Position numbers and translations under genes: made by a program | Virus record (IMG/VR): IMGVR_UViG_3300050821_001689 | Location: 5,958-69,957 of that record | DNA: 64,000 nt | Direction: 5' to 3' (one strand) | Origin: a virus | Part shown: positions 8,891-18,219 of the stretch, piece by piece | Numbering within the stretch: the stretch's first letter is position 1 | Layout: each line of letters begins with the position of its first letter | The notes under the pieces: generated by a model | Database searches by the model: none | What the model saw: only the letters and a program-made list of their open reading frames with translations | What the model was told of the DNA's origin: nothing

Positions 8891-9257
8891 CAAGAAACGA
8901 GACAGTGAAACCGTATCCCCTTGGAGGACCATCGAAGTCCGTCAGTGGTGTGTGGGGACTCTGCTCAAACATTGGGAAAAGAATCGGTCAGTGACAATCA
9001 GTGAACTGACCCAGGCAGCGAAGGAATTGGAAGAGTACATCATAAGAGGGAAAACGAATGGAAACGAAAATAGAAGAGAAACCGTTGGGGACAGTAACAA
9101 GTCCGTCCCCACCCCAGACGGGCACAGTTACCACTATACCCCCGACGAGCCCGGTGGCACAGCCCCCGGCGGTTGCGTCTCTCCAGGCGAACCAGCCGAA
9201 ACCCGTAGGGGATGGACCGAAGGCGACCTCGATATCCCAACCGGGGGTGACTGGTAA
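8883..9257 (+). CDS. hypothetical protein (overlaps next gene)
   Basis: Coupled GTG start; first about 55 aa look protein-like. Confidence 0.4.
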   Translation: MSNKKRDSETVSPWRTIEVRQWCVGTLLKHWEKNRSVTISELTQAAKELEEYIIRGKTNGNENRRETVGDSNKSVPTPDGHSYHYTPDEPGGTAPGGCVSPGEPAETRRGWTEGDLDIPTGGDW

Positions 9258-10116
9258 GACTCCCTTCTCAGCAGCGGTAGTATCAGCCACTGGCCGCAAG
9301 AGTCCCTTGGTCTCTCAACTGGCCGCGAGAACAAAGTCTACATTAGATATCGTCTCTCCCTGGGCGAGGGTGTTGTTGCATGGTGAAATTGATTCCCTGA
9401 AGACCACTACGGCACATAAGTTTGGTTCCCCTGAGCAGACTCGTACCATTCTTACCCGAGGGGAAGACCAAATGTGGCCGGTGGTGAAGGACGGTTACAA
9501 GTTCGTCAAGGTAGATAACGGTAAGGAATTCAGTGAGGCCCTATCCTACTGCGACCAAATCTGGCCGGATTGGGCCAAGCATCCTGAGCCAGTATTGATA
9601 ATCGACGACATTACCCGGGGGAAGGATTTCGTGGTGGCGGAGTCCAAGTTCTACGAGAAAGATGGCGTGGTGAAAGAGTATCAGGATGCCCGGAAGGTGT
9701 ATGGGGAAGCCTTGGCCGAGTTCGATTCCATCTTCACTCTGGCTAACAAGAAGCCAATTCACATCATCCTAGTAGCTACGAGTAAGGTCAGTCAGGGGAA
9801 GATTTCCCTTGAGGAGACAGTAGTTCCTGACTTACCACAGGGTATTGGTAACTTCATTATGTCAGACTACAGTTACATATTCTTCCTTAATAAGAAGAAA
9901 CCACCCGAGTCCCGGATGTTGACGAGTATGGACAAGGAAGCTGTGACTGAGTATGATGAGAAGCAAAAGAAGGATGTCACGTACCAACGGTACTACTTCG
10001 CTCGACATAAGATTCCCTCCGACCTGGCGAACAAGGGGTATATCAAGCTATACGAACCGGCTGACCTGAAGGCTATTTGGAACAAGATTAAATCAGCCCG
10101 CGGGGGTGGAAAGTGA
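9058..10116 (+). CDS. AAA_24/Sak4-like recombination ATPase
   Basis: VLLHGEIDSLKTT, VLIIDDIT, IILVAT; Pro-rich N-terminus; lies between nuclease and SSB-like gene. Confidence 0.7.
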   Translation: METKIEEKPLGTVTSPSPPQTGTVTTIPPTSPVAQPPAVASLQANQPKPVGDGPKATSISQPGVTGKTPFSAAVVSATGRKSPLVSQLAARTKSTLDIVSPWARVLLHGEIDSLKTTTAHKFGSPEQTRTILTRGEDQMWPVVKDGYKFVKVDNGKEFSEALSYCDQIWPDWAKHPEPVLIIDDITRGKDFVVAESKFYEKDGVVKEYQDARKVYGEALAEFDSIFTLANKKPIHIILVATSKVSQGKISLEETVVPDLPQGIGNFIMSDYSYIFFLNKKKPPESRMLTSMDKEAVTEYDEKQKKDVTYQRYYFARHKIPSDLANKGYIKLYEPADLKAIWNKIKSARGGGK

Positions 10117-10310
10117 GTAGACAAGCAGAATGGGTATCAAGACAACTAAAAGAAGGTCTCTGCGCCGTGTGCGGAAAGAAACGGAACCTGGGAACAAGAC
10201 TCTGCGACCAGCATCTCAAGGAAGACCGGTTGAGGAAACGGAAGGAACTGGACCTGAGTCCTTGGAGACGGGGACACCGGGGAAGACCGCCGTTGTCGAG
10301 GTCGTCGTGA
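10113..10310 (+). CDS. small zinc-finger protein
   Basis: GLCAVCGK...LCDQH, basic tail. Confidence 0.7.
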   Translation: MSRQAEWVSRQLKEGLCAVCGKKRNLGTRLCDQHLKEDRLRKRKELDLSPWRRGHRGRPPLSRSS

Positions 10311-10492
10311 GTGCTACGCCCTGGGAGACGGTTAGGAGCCGCGTAGAGCAAGTGTACGAAGACGACCGCTTGACCGCTTACATGCACCGGGACTTGACAA
10401 AAGCGAATCCCATCTTCATTATGAAGATGCATAGTGAGCAGGTATTGCGGGCGCATAGTTGGTTGTTGCGGATTGCGAATCAAAGGAATTAG
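10307..10492 (+). CDS. hypothetical protein
   Basis: GTGA overlap with upstream stop; 3' part of track ORF 10130-10492. Confidence 0.45.
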   Translation: MSATPWETVRSRVEQVYEDDRLTAYMHRDLTKANPIFIMKMHSEQVLRAHSWLLRIANQRN

Positions 10493-10540
10493 TTGGCGTA
10501 TCCAGCTAATAGCAGTACATTCTAGAATGAGGTGAAGGTT

Positions 10541-11209
10541 ATGGAAGAAACAGCAGCAGCAGTAGCAACGGAGGAGACGGTGGATACTACTGAATTCACT
10601 GGCACTACTTCAACCGAGGACACTGGGACCACTGAGGAGACCACGGGCTTGTTCCCAAGTTCCGCTCCCCCAGAGAAGCCAGTCCCGACTCCACAGGCGC
10701 ACCGGGGGACTATTACCGGCGTGACTGTGGGAGTCAGCAAAGAAAAAGGAACGCGGTTCCTTCAGTTCTCTTACAAGAGCCTGGACACCGCAGCGGATGA
10801 TGTTCTGTCCGTATTCCCTCCACAAGCGTACATCGACAACGTTCTGATTGACCCGGCAACGTTGAGCGATGAGACAGTAATTAACGAGAACACTGGTAAG
10901 CCTGGACTGAGCGAGAGACAGAAGTACGCTCGCAACGTTCGGAATACCAAGGGAGACGGGACCATTGAGTCCATTGCGAAGCTGGCAATTGACCAGGGCC
11001 ATACTACCAACCGTCCTCTGCCGAGAACCTTCGACCAACTGGCAGCCTACCTCAACGAACTGACGACCGGAACCGAGGTTATCGCGTTGCTGAGGGCACA
11101 AGGGGGAGACGGGGACTTCGCGGACAGGCTCCGTGTGATTCGGTTTGCCGACCCGGCGAATCGGGATAATCCGAAGTTCTTCAAGGGCTATCGGAAGTTG
11201 TGGGAGTAG
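10541..11209 (+). CDS. putative ssDNA-binding protein (DUF669-like OB fold)
   Basis: PVPTPQAHRGTITGV...SKEKGTRFLQFSY; acidic tail; recombination-module context. Confidence 0.55.
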   Translation: MEETAAAVATEETVDTTEFTGTTSTEDTGTTEETTGLFPSSAPPEKPVPTPQAHRGTITGVTVGVSKEKGTRFLQFSYKSLDTAADDVLSVFPPQAYIDNVLIDPATLSDETVINENTGKPGLSERQKYARNVRNTKGDGTIESIAKLAIDQGHTTNRPLPRTFDQLAAYLNELTTGTEVIALLRAQGGDGDFADRLRVIRFADPANRDNPKFFKGYRKLWE

Positions 11210-11220
11210 TTAGGAAAAAT

Positions 11221-11252
11221 GGGGCGAGTAGAAATATTCGCCCCGATTTTTT
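11221..11252 (+). terminator. rho-independent terminator
   Basis: GGGGCGA...TCGCCCC hairpin followed by TTTTTT. Confidence 0.8.
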
Positions 11253-11263
11253 GGGGGAGAGGG

Positions 11264-11485
11264 ATGAAAGGGAAATTCTTCCGGGTCTTTGTGAAGCCGT
11301 GGGACAGTTGGAGTCCCGCGTATGAAGTACTTGAGTTTCCGGTAGCGGATGAACATTTGGTACACGAGGACGAGAATTCCATAATCAAAAGCTGGAGAAG
11401 GTTGGATGGATTATGGCAAGGGAAGAGATTTATTCCCTGGCACAGTATTCATTCGATTGACATTCTTGAGGGAGAGCCCAAGTGA
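11264..11485 (+). CDS. hypothetical protein
   Basis: GGAGAGG SD, ATG 11264. Confidence 0.6.
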   Translation: MKGKFFRVFVKPWDSWSPAYEVLEFPVADEHLVHEDENSIIKSWRRLDGLWQGKRFIPWHSIHSIDILEGEPK

Positions 11486-12492
11486 AATCAGACCACGAAG
11501 AATTACAAACGCTGTTACAGGATGCCAATGAGATTGAGCGGGGGAAGCCTCGTAGGGTGCCGGAGGAAGCGGTCTTGGCGGGTAAGCAAGACATCCTAGA
11601 GCACTCCCAGTGGGAAGTACTACCTAATGGGGTCTTTGCTGCCACTGGGACCACGAATCCTCGACTAGCCCCTGGAGCCTATACCATCGCCATTACTGAG
11701 ACAGGAAGGACCCTATTTGTCTCCAAGAAAATCCTCACCGACCAGTTAATTGACCTTGGGAATTCTAATTCCTTGCATGTTATTGATGGGATACGTCTCT
11801 TCTGGACTAAGAAGGAACAGTACAAGAGACGGGGAATACTCTACAAACGGGGAGTCCTCCTGTGGGGTCCCGCTGGTTCAGGGAAGACGGCGACGCTTAG
11901 TCTACTAGTGGCTGACCTGATTAAGATGGGCGGGATTGTTCTGTTGGTACAGAGTCCAGCCTTAGCAACGAGAGCCCTGCCAGTACTACGCAAGATTGAA
12001 CCCGACCGGCCTCTTATCGTGATTATAGAGGATATCGAGGAGATAATTCAGGCTTCTGGGGAACATGACTTATTGGCTCTCCTGGACGGAGAACATCAAA
12101 CAGATAACGTAGTGAACCTGGCTACCACGAATTACCCGGAACAACTGGGGGCACGCATTATCAATCGTCCTTCCAGATTTGATGAAGTCCAGAAGATTGG
12201 AATGCCCTCTCCAATTATGCGGAAACAGTATCTTGTTCATATTCTCAGGGATGAGGTAGGGAAATTCCCGGTAGACCGTTGGGTAGAGGATACTGAGGGA
12301 ATGTCTATTGCTCACCTTAAGGAGTTAGTGGTAGCTGTGACCTGTCTCGACCAGACGTATGAGAATGTCATCGCTAGGCTCAAGACCATGAAGACGGCCC
12401 CGAAGTCGAGTATGTACGATACTAATGTGGGGTTTGGGGCGAGTGGGGCCAGTAAGTCATCGGCCCCTAGACCGGCTAAAGTAGGCTATTGA
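11482..12492 (+). CDS. AAA+ ATPase (classical clade, BCS1-like)
   Basis: KRGVLLWGPAGSGKT, IIEDIE, LATTNYPE, RPSRFD. Confidence 0.9.
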   Translation: MKSDHEELQTLLQDANEIERGKPRRVPEEAVLAGKQDILEHSQWEVLPNGVFAATGTTNPRLAPGAYTIAITETGRTLFVSKKILTDQLIDLGNSNSLHVIDGIRLFWTKKEQYKRRGILYKRGVLLWGPAGSGKTATLSLLVADLIKMGGIVLLVQSPALATRALPVLRKIEPDRPLIVIIEDIEEIIQASGEHDLLALLDGEHQTDNVVNLATTNYPEQLGARIINRPSRFDEVQKIGMPSPIMRKQYLVHILRDEVGKFPVDRWVEDTEGMSIAHLKELVVAVTCLDQTYENVIARLKTMKTAPKSSMYDTNVGFGASGASKSSAPRPAKVGY

Positions 12493-13364
12493 TGTCGGGC
12501 CAACCCGCTAAGTGTGGAGAACTCGGATGTCCTTTATACGGTAAGGGGACTGGGTTCGTACTGGGTTCCGGCGACCCTAGTACCGCCAAGGTAGCATTGA
12601 TGTTGGAGGCTCCAGGAAAGGATGAGGTTCCCTGGGAAGTCACAGAGAGCGAGGAGATTGAACGACGACAGCAGGCTTATCCTGAGTTATCGGGGAAGTT
12701 CATCGGTAGGGGAATGCCGGTAGTAGGAAGGTCTGGAGGGATACTGTGGTCCTGGGGCATGGCCGCGGTGCAGTTGACACGTAAGGATGTATTTGTGGAT
12801 AATGTTCTTCGTTGTCTGCCACCGAAGGAGGGGAAGGATAATTATCCCAAGGGTAAAGTGAGGGTCAAAGCTGAGGCTTGCTGTAGATATTGGGACAGGT
12901 GGGAAAAGTATAAGCCGACTGTTAGCCTAGTCCAGATACATCCGGCTGCTGTGGCACGGGAACCCACGCCCCTTCCATTGATGATTAAGACCTTTGAGAA
13001 GGCTAAACATTTCTATCTCGGAGGTGAGAGACCGTTGGTCCTGTGTGGAGGGAAGGCCAGTAAGCTCTGGCTGGGACATGCTAGTAACGTGACCACGTTC
13101 CTGGGTCATTATGAATCCGAGACCGATTTCTCGCATCTAAATAGAGAACAGAGGAAAGAGGCTGGTATGAAAGTGAGCACGGAAAAGAAAGTAAAGGTCA
13201 AGAAACTCACCGCCAAGAAGGCTTTGGAGTTATTAATCTCTACAGCCCAACCAGTTCTCTGCGGGGAAGATGGAACGGATGTTAAGTACAAAATCGAGAC
13301 GGAGATTAGTGAGGAACAGTATAAGCAAATTTCTGCCCTCATTGCTCCGAAGGAGAAGAAATGA
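12489..13364 (+). CDS. uracil-DNA glycosylase family 4-like protein
   Basis: CxxxxCPL, LEAPGKDE, PVVGRSG, DNVLRCLPP, IHPAAV. Confidence 0.8.
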   Translation: MMSGQPAKCGELGCPLYGKGTGFVLGSGDPSTAKVALMLEAPGKDEVPWEVTESEEIERRQQAYPELSGKFIGRGMPVVGRSGGILWSWGMAAVQLTRKDVFVDNVLRCLPPKEGKDNYPKGKVRVKAEACCRYWDRWEKYKPTVSLVQIHPAAVAREPTPLPLMIKTFEKAKHFYLGGERPLVLCGGKASKLWLGHASNVTTFLGHYESETDFSHLNREQRKEAGMKVSTEKKVKVKKLTAKKALELLISTAQPVLCGEDGTDVKYKIETEISEEQYKQISALIAPKEKK

Positions 13365-13702
13365 GCACTAAAGTAATTGAGGGAGCCGAGGCGCAGGATT
13401 TTATCACGCGGCTTTTGGAAGACCCTACACAGATGACTGCTATTAAAGAGTCACTAATCCAAAACTTTGCGGTGTGGGCTAAGGAGAACGATAAGGAAGA
13501 GGAAGTTTGGCAGCTAATAGAAAAACTTCACGTGGTTTCCATTGAATTCCTGAAAAAGAACCTGCCCGACCCTAGAGTAGCCCTGATAGCAATGGAGTTC
13601 ATCACCTGCTCCTTCGCCGTGGAAGTTTTGAAGCAGAATATCGCGGGAGTTAAATCAATTCAAGGAGAAGAAAATGTCCTCAGACAGCAAGAGGTCAATT
13701 AG
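13361..13702 (+). CDS. hypothetical protein
   Basis: AAGGAG SD, ATGA overlap. Confidence 0.7.
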   Translation: MSTKVIEGAEAQDFITRLLEDPTQMTAIKESLIQNFAVWAKENDKEEEVWQLIEKLHVVSIEFLKKNLPDPRVALIAMEFITCSFAVEVLKQNIAGVKSIQGEENVLRQQEVN

Positions 13703-14054
13703 TAAGGAAGAAGTTGGACAGTACTGGAAGGAAGCTGCTAAGATGCCGAAGGAAGAAAGACTTCTTGGGGCTGCCGAACGGCAGATGACCAGGGAAGTAG
13801 TCATGGCGAAATCTATGGAACTACTTCGTGAAGAGTTGGGGCAGGACCACGAGAAAATCGCTGGTTTTGCGACCCTATGTAAGGATACCTTGGAGCACAT
13901 AGCGGACTTCTTCCATGAACGGAAGGTAAGTCACGGGAACGGGTTGGTGGTCCTAGAGGCTGTTATCCATACCGTGGCTAACCAAATGGCCAAGCAAGCC
14001 AGGGCAGCGGAGACTGCTATGGCATCGGGAGTGGCGACTACTACAGTTCAATAA
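13674..14054 (+). CDS. hypothetical protein
   Basis: AAGGAG SD. Confidence 0.7.
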   Translation: MSSDSKRSISKEEVGQYWKEAAKMPKEERLLGAAERQMTREVVMAKSMELLREELGQDHEKIAGFATLCKDTLEHIADFFHERKVSHGNGLVVLEAVIHTVANQMAKQARAAETAMASGVATTTVQ

Positions 14055-14263
14055 AAGATTCAGGGAATCTATCGTGGTCGGGTGGTTACCGTGATGGGTG
14101 ATATGCCCGATGCTGGGCTGGGCCGGTGGGTTCCCTGGATGTATTTTGAGGAGAGTATGGAACCTAAGTGGAAACATAGAATATTGTGGATGATGTTGGA
14201 AGTGACGTTGTTCACTATAGTCGTCCTGGCCATGTTGGTCGAGTTGAGACAGATGAGGGCAAG

Positions 14264-14416
14264 ATGAAATTTGATAAGGCTTGGTTACTGGTGGCAACCG
14301 CAGTGATTTTTTTCGCTATCCTTATCTACAAGGTTACTTGTCACGATAACTGCGACCGAGGATGCCAGGATAGGTGCTTTGCCCGTCACTATTGTCCCTA
14401 TCAGGAGGGGAAATGA
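14264..14416 (+). CDS. small membrane-anchored Cys-rich protein
   Basis: MKFDKAWLLV...CHDNCDRGCQDRC; ATGA overlaps. Confidence 0.5.
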   Translation: MKFDKAWLLVATAVIFFAILIYKVTCHDNCDRGCQDRCFARHYCPYQEGK

Positions 14417-14754
14417 ATTTCCAGGAAGCCAGTTTCGTCTCTAGTTTTGAGGACATACAGGATGAAGTTCGCCAGGTTGCCGTGGAGCATGGCTGGGAAG
14501 AGGGTGAGTTCAACGTTGGCGAGAAAATTGCCCTCATGCATAGTGAGTTGAGTGAGGCACTGGAGTATGAGCGTACAGGTAACCGGTCAGACCATATCCC
14601 CGAGTTCCAAGGTGTTGAGGAGGAGTTCGCGGATGTCATCATCCGTATCATGCACTATGCTCAGGCCAGGGGATTGAGGGTAGGCGAGGCCATCATTGCC
14701 AAGAATGAGTTCAACAAGTCGAGACCGCATAAGCACGGCGGGAAGAAATTTTAA
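14413..14754 (+). CDS. MazG-like NTP pyrophosphohydrolase
   Basis: LMHSELSEALE...EEEFADVIIR...N..RPHKHGGK. Confidence 0.85.
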   Translation: MNFQEASFVSSFEDIQDEVRQVAVEHGWEEGEFNVGEKIALMHSELSEALEYERTGNRSDHIPEFQGVEEEFADVIIRIMHYAQARGLRVGEAIIAKNEFNKSRPHKHGGKKF

Positions 14755-14813
14755 CTTCGGCTAATATACTTCCGGGCGAGTCTTCGAGCCCGTGTAGGTC
14801 CCAGTAGGGACCA

Positions 14814-15188
14814 ATGGGGTTACCTAACATGAACTACCAAACTCTCCTCCGTCTCATAATAGGTCTCTTCTTTCTCTACCCAGCTATCCGGTCGGCCATA
14901 AGATATTGGCCCATGAGGATTCCGGTATCATTTATTATGATAGCCATGTGCCTGAACTTCACGGTCTGCTTTGCCAATCACGGGAAGATGCCGGTGAGTG
15001 GGTATTATGACTCTACGAAGGTAGAGGACAATAGGCATACCATGATAACCACGGAGTCCAAGTTACCTTGGCTTGCGGACGTTCATGGTCCACCGATGGC
15101 GAGGTATAGCATTGGAGATGTATTCGCGTTTCTGGGGATATTGAGTCTCATAGCTATTATGGTGATTAAACTATGTATGAGGTCCTGA
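14814..15188 (+). CDS. DUF5317-like membrane protein
   Basis: ANHGKMPV...LPWLADV...YSIGDV. Confidence 0.7.
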   Translation: MGLPNMNYQTLLRLIIGLFFLYPAIRSAIRYWPMRIPVSFIMIAMCLNFTVCFANHGKMPVSGYYDSTKVEDNRHTMITTESKLPWLADVHGPPMARYSIGDVFAFLGILSLIAIMVIKLCMRS

Positions 15189-17095
15189 AGGAATGGCCGA
15201 AGATAGACCGTTACCCCGAGGCTTTGCTATCCCTCAATCCTCAGCCATATTTATCTCTCGACTGGGAATGGCGGATTAGGGACAATAAGCCGACAATACT
15301 GGGGGCTAGTGATGGCATAAGAACGGTCTCGGTTCCCCATGAACAAGGGAAGCCCTATCTAATCGAGGTAATTCGGAAATTTCCCCAAGCCCGTATCCTC
15401 GGGCATAATTTTATTTCCGCCGACCTGCCAGTGGCCATTGCTGAGGGCATTGATATCCCCCTTGCTCAGGTGGACGACACTATTATCTGGCACTGGTTAA
15501 CTAATATGTCCCTTTGCAAGGGGACTAAGAAGGCCGACGACGAAGAGGGTGAGAAGAGAGGTAGAGGCTTTATGAACCTCTTCGCTATGTGCTCTGCTCA
15601 TCTGGCGGTACCGAATTGGAAGGAGTGTGTGGGAGAGGAACAATGTCTCCACGAACACCGTCCCTGTCCGTCCCATGACCCCTTTGGTTACAACGGGAAT
15701 GATTGTTACTGGCCGGTCCATGCTATGGGGCCGATGATGAGGAGAGCCAAGTTGATGGGAGTGGATAGACTATATCCCCTCCACCAGAAATTCGCTGCTG
15801 TCCTGTCAAAGGTACGTGAACGCGGAGTCCTGGTCGATGTTCCCTACGTAGACAAACTCCGCACTGATTTCGAGAAAGCCTGTGAGGATATGCGAGCCGG
15901 GTTCACCTTCAATCCCAACTCTCCTCCACAAATTAAGGCTCATTTCAAGGTTAAGGGAATATTTCTGGAGAATACTGAGGAAGAAACTATCCGGGAGGCC
16001 GTAGATGTCCACGAAGATTCTGAACTGGAGAGGTTACTCGATTACAAGGAACTTGGGAAGGGTCCTGACCGATGGTTTGCACCACGGAAATTCGACTACG
16101 ATAAAAACAACTGGGAAGGTTACGTTGATGAATCGGGCTATATCCATTGTAATCTACAAATCTTCACCTCTACGGGTCGCTTGGCATGCAGCAATCCTAA
16201 TCTACAAAACGTTGCGAAGAGGAGAAAGGACCGTAATACTGGGGAATCTCTCGGAAAGAAGATACGACGAGCTATTGTCGCTCCAGACGGATACTATCTT
16301 TATCGGGCTGACCTCAAGAACGCCGAGAATAGAGTCTTCCTCCATCTCGCCGGATACCACGACATCCCCAACGTAGACTTCCACGCCCGTATGCGGGACA
16401 TGATTGGGATTAAGGAGGATGACCCTTTTGCGATTAGCCAGGGGAACGCTAGAGAGGCCGCCAAGACGGTTACTCATGCGACTGATTACATGGAGGGTAT
16501 TAAGTTAGTAACTGAGAGTGAATTCAGGTCACAGAGGATACAGAGGGAGATTTCGGCTGGTGTAAGGATAGCCTTCCAAGACTGGAAAGTCTTCGGGAAG
16601 ATAGTAACGTTTACTGGTATCAACCTGGCCCGTCGAGCCTTCGGAGACGCCTCCTGGGACAACCGCCGACGGGCTCTATCAGTGACTATGAAATACTTCG
16701 AGGGGTTCCCGAAATTACGGGGGCTTCAGATGGAGATTACCAGACAGGTGGAGGTAGAGAGGTGTGTGAGGCCCCCGACTGGATATGTACTCGCCAGTTA
16801 CGGGTACGAGGAGGATAGACTAAAAACCGCCGCTGCCATGTGGGGAAGTAATCCCGTTGCACACGCCACGAAATATGGTATGCTGAACGTCGAGGAACAC
16901 CCTAATTTAATATTAGTCCTACAGGTCCATGACGAGTTTCTCATGTACGTGGACTGTAGACATGAACCCAGAAAGGTTGCGGGATGGATAAGAGAATGCA
17001 TGGAAGTGAACATGCCCGAGATACCAGGACTTGTGATTCCTGCGGAGCCGAGTTACGGTCGGTCGTGGGCAGACCAGAAGGAAATCCCAGCGTGA
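15173..17095 (+). CDS. polA: family A DNA polymerase with 3'-5' exonuclease domain
   Basis: LDWE, GHNF..D, TGRLACSNPNLQN, ADLKNAENR (motif A), REAAKTVTHATDY (motif B), LQVHDE (motif C). Confidence 0.92.
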   Translation: MYEVLKEWPKIDRYPEALLSLNPQPYLSLDWEWRIRDNKPTILGASDGIRTVSVPHEQGKPYLIEVIRKFPQARILGHNFISADLPVAIAEGIDIPLAQVDDTIIWHWLTNMSLCKGTKKADDEEGEKRGRGFMNLFAMCSAHLAVPNWKECVGEEQCLHEHRPCPSHDPFGYNGNDCYWPVHAMGPMMRRAKLMGVDRLYPLHQKFAAVLSKVRERGVLVDVPYVDKLRTDFEKACEDMRAGFTFNPNSPPQIKAHFKVKGIFLENTEEETIREAVDVHEDSELERLLDYKELGKGPDRWFAPRKFDYDKNNWEGYVDESGYIHCNLQIFTSTGRLACSNPNLQNVAKRRKDRNTGESLGKKIRRAIVAPDGYYLYRADLKNAENRVFLHLAGYHDIPNVDFHARMRDMIGIKEDDPFAISQGNAREAAKTVTHATDYMEGIKLVTESEFRSQRIQREISAGVRIAFQDWKVFGKIVTFTGINLARRAFGDASWDNRRRALSVTMKYFEGFPKLRGLQMEITRQVEVERCVRPPTGYVLASYGYEEDRLKTAAAMWGSNPVAHATKYGMLNVEEHPNLILVLQVHDEFLMYVDCRHEPRKVAGWIRECMEVNMPEIPGLVIPAEPSYGRSWADQKEIPA

Positions 17096-17153
17096 CGGGA
17101 CACGAGGAAGATTGTGAACACTTGACCACGAAGTTCCCCGAGGGAGCCGAATT

Positions 17154-17354
17154 ATGAGCGAGAAGATTGTTCTATACGACCCCCCATCAGGGTGGAAGTA
17201 TGGGTTCCCTCGACCATATCTGCCATTACCTGGAGAGTCTCTGAAGGACACTCTAATCCGGGATGGCTACCCTAAAGAAGACGCCGAGGAATTGAGTAGG
17301 TGGTGTAGGTTCATCGGTCCCAGGGAGGAGTTAGATAAACTTGAAGACTTTTGA
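17154..17354 (+). CDS. hypothetical phage protein
   Basis: DPPSGWKYGFP...GYP motif. Confidence 0.7.
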   Translation: MSEKIVLYDPPSGWKYGFPRPYLPLPGESLKDTLIRDGYPKEDAEELSRWCRFIGPREELDKLEDF

Positions 17355-17496
17355 GAAGCACCCGCATCTAATAGACGAGTGTGAATGTGGTAGTCTCAAA
17401 GCCAAAGCCGCCAAACGTTGCCGGAAGTGCTTCATTCTCTGGCGAACTGGCAAGGAACGGTGGCTAGACTGGACTAAGTGGGTGAGTGCATGTTGA
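17341..17496 (+). CDS. small Cys-rich protein
   Basis: GGAGG SD, TTG start; CECG...CRKC; below track cutoff. Confidence 0.5.
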   Translation: MKTFEKHPHLIDECECGSLKAKAAKRCRKCFILWRTGKERWLDWTKWVSAC

Positions 17497-17675
17497 ATAT
17501 CAAGATGCCAATTCGTTACTGTACCCGTTGTGGGGATAACTCCTTTTACGACAGTAAATGTCGCACTTGCGGATACAAGGAGCCTACTTGGATGGACCGG
17601 CATTATCGTTGTATTATGCTGGCTTCTATGCTCCTTGAATTATTACTACTTGGGTATATAGCATGGCGAGCATAA
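17490..17675 (+). CDS. zinc-ribbon membrane protein
   Basis: CTRC...CRTC plus C-terminal hydrophobic helix. Confidence 0.55.
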   Translation: MLNIKMPIRYCTRCGDNSFYDSKCRTCGYKEPTWMDRHYRCIMLASMLLELLLLGYIAWRA

Positions 17676-17812
17676 ACTGGGGCCGGTGGCTAGCTATAAC
17701 ACAAATGTTATTGTGTTTCGGTGCGGCGGCAGGATATGCTTTCCAACGTGACTGGCGGAAAACGGTGTACTGGACCTGTGCCGGAGTCATCACAGCCTCG
17801 GTCACATTTTGA
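17663..17812 (+). CDS. small membrane protein (49 aa)
   Basis: MASINWGRWLAITQMLLCFGAAAGYAFQRDWRKTVYW...; below track cutoff. Confidence 0.55.
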   Translation: MASINWGRWLAITQMLLCFGAAAGYAFQRDWRKTVYWTCAGVITASVTF

Positions 17813-17814
17813 GC

Positions 17815-17842
17815 TTGACATCCTGGAAATTTGTGGTACAGT
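17815..17842 (+). promoter_or_regulatory. sigma70-type promoter of tRNA array
   Basis: TTGACA-16nt-TACAGT with TG extension. Confidence 0.6.
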
Positions 17843-17972
17843 GGTCCCATACAGTTTCTTGGTTCGTATAAACCAAGTGGTTGCGGGGAGTCGAAACTTC
17901 GGCAGGCTAGGGTCCAATCCCCTTCCTGAAAAAGACTCCCGCCGTCCTCGGGTACGAGAACCCGTAAAGTTT

Positions 17973-18047
17973 GGACCCTTAGCACAACGGACAGGGCACT
18001 TGGCTACGAACCAAGAGATGAGTGTTCGATTCACTCAGGGTCCTCCA
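17973..18047 (+). tRNA. tRNA-Arg(ACG)
   Basis: Cloverleaf, loop CT-ACG-AA, encoded CCA. Confidence 0.9.
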
Positions 18048-18054
18048 TATTTGA

Positions 18055-18129
18055 GGTCGGTTCGTTCAATGGACAGGACGGGAGCCTCCGAAGCTCCAAA
18101 TCACGGTTCGACTCCGTGACTGACTTCCA
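18055..18129 (+). tRNA. tRNA-Arg(CCG)
   Basis: Cloverleaf, loop CT-CCG-AA, CCA. Confidence 0.9.
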
Positions 18130-18135
18130 GAATTT

Positions 18136-18213
18136 GTGGCTGTACCGGCCTCGATTCCTAATCGAGTAACCGTAACTGGACTGATGTGAGTTCAAGTCTC
18201 ACCAGCCACTCCA
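18136..18213 (+). tRNA. atypical tRNA-Arg(CCT) lacking D arm
   Basis: Perfect acceptor, anticodon and T stems, CCA; 7-nt connector instead of D arm; 19-nt variable region. Confidence 0.7.
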
Positions 18214-18219
18214 TAATTC

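Noticed and set aside
11482-12492. AAA ATPase as the sigma54 activator
   Set aside because: No GAFTGA motif; motifs fit classical AAA proteins
14753-14812. Two small hairpins after the MazG-like gene as a self-cleaving ribozyme
   Set aside because: Could not match twister or hammerhead cores by eye
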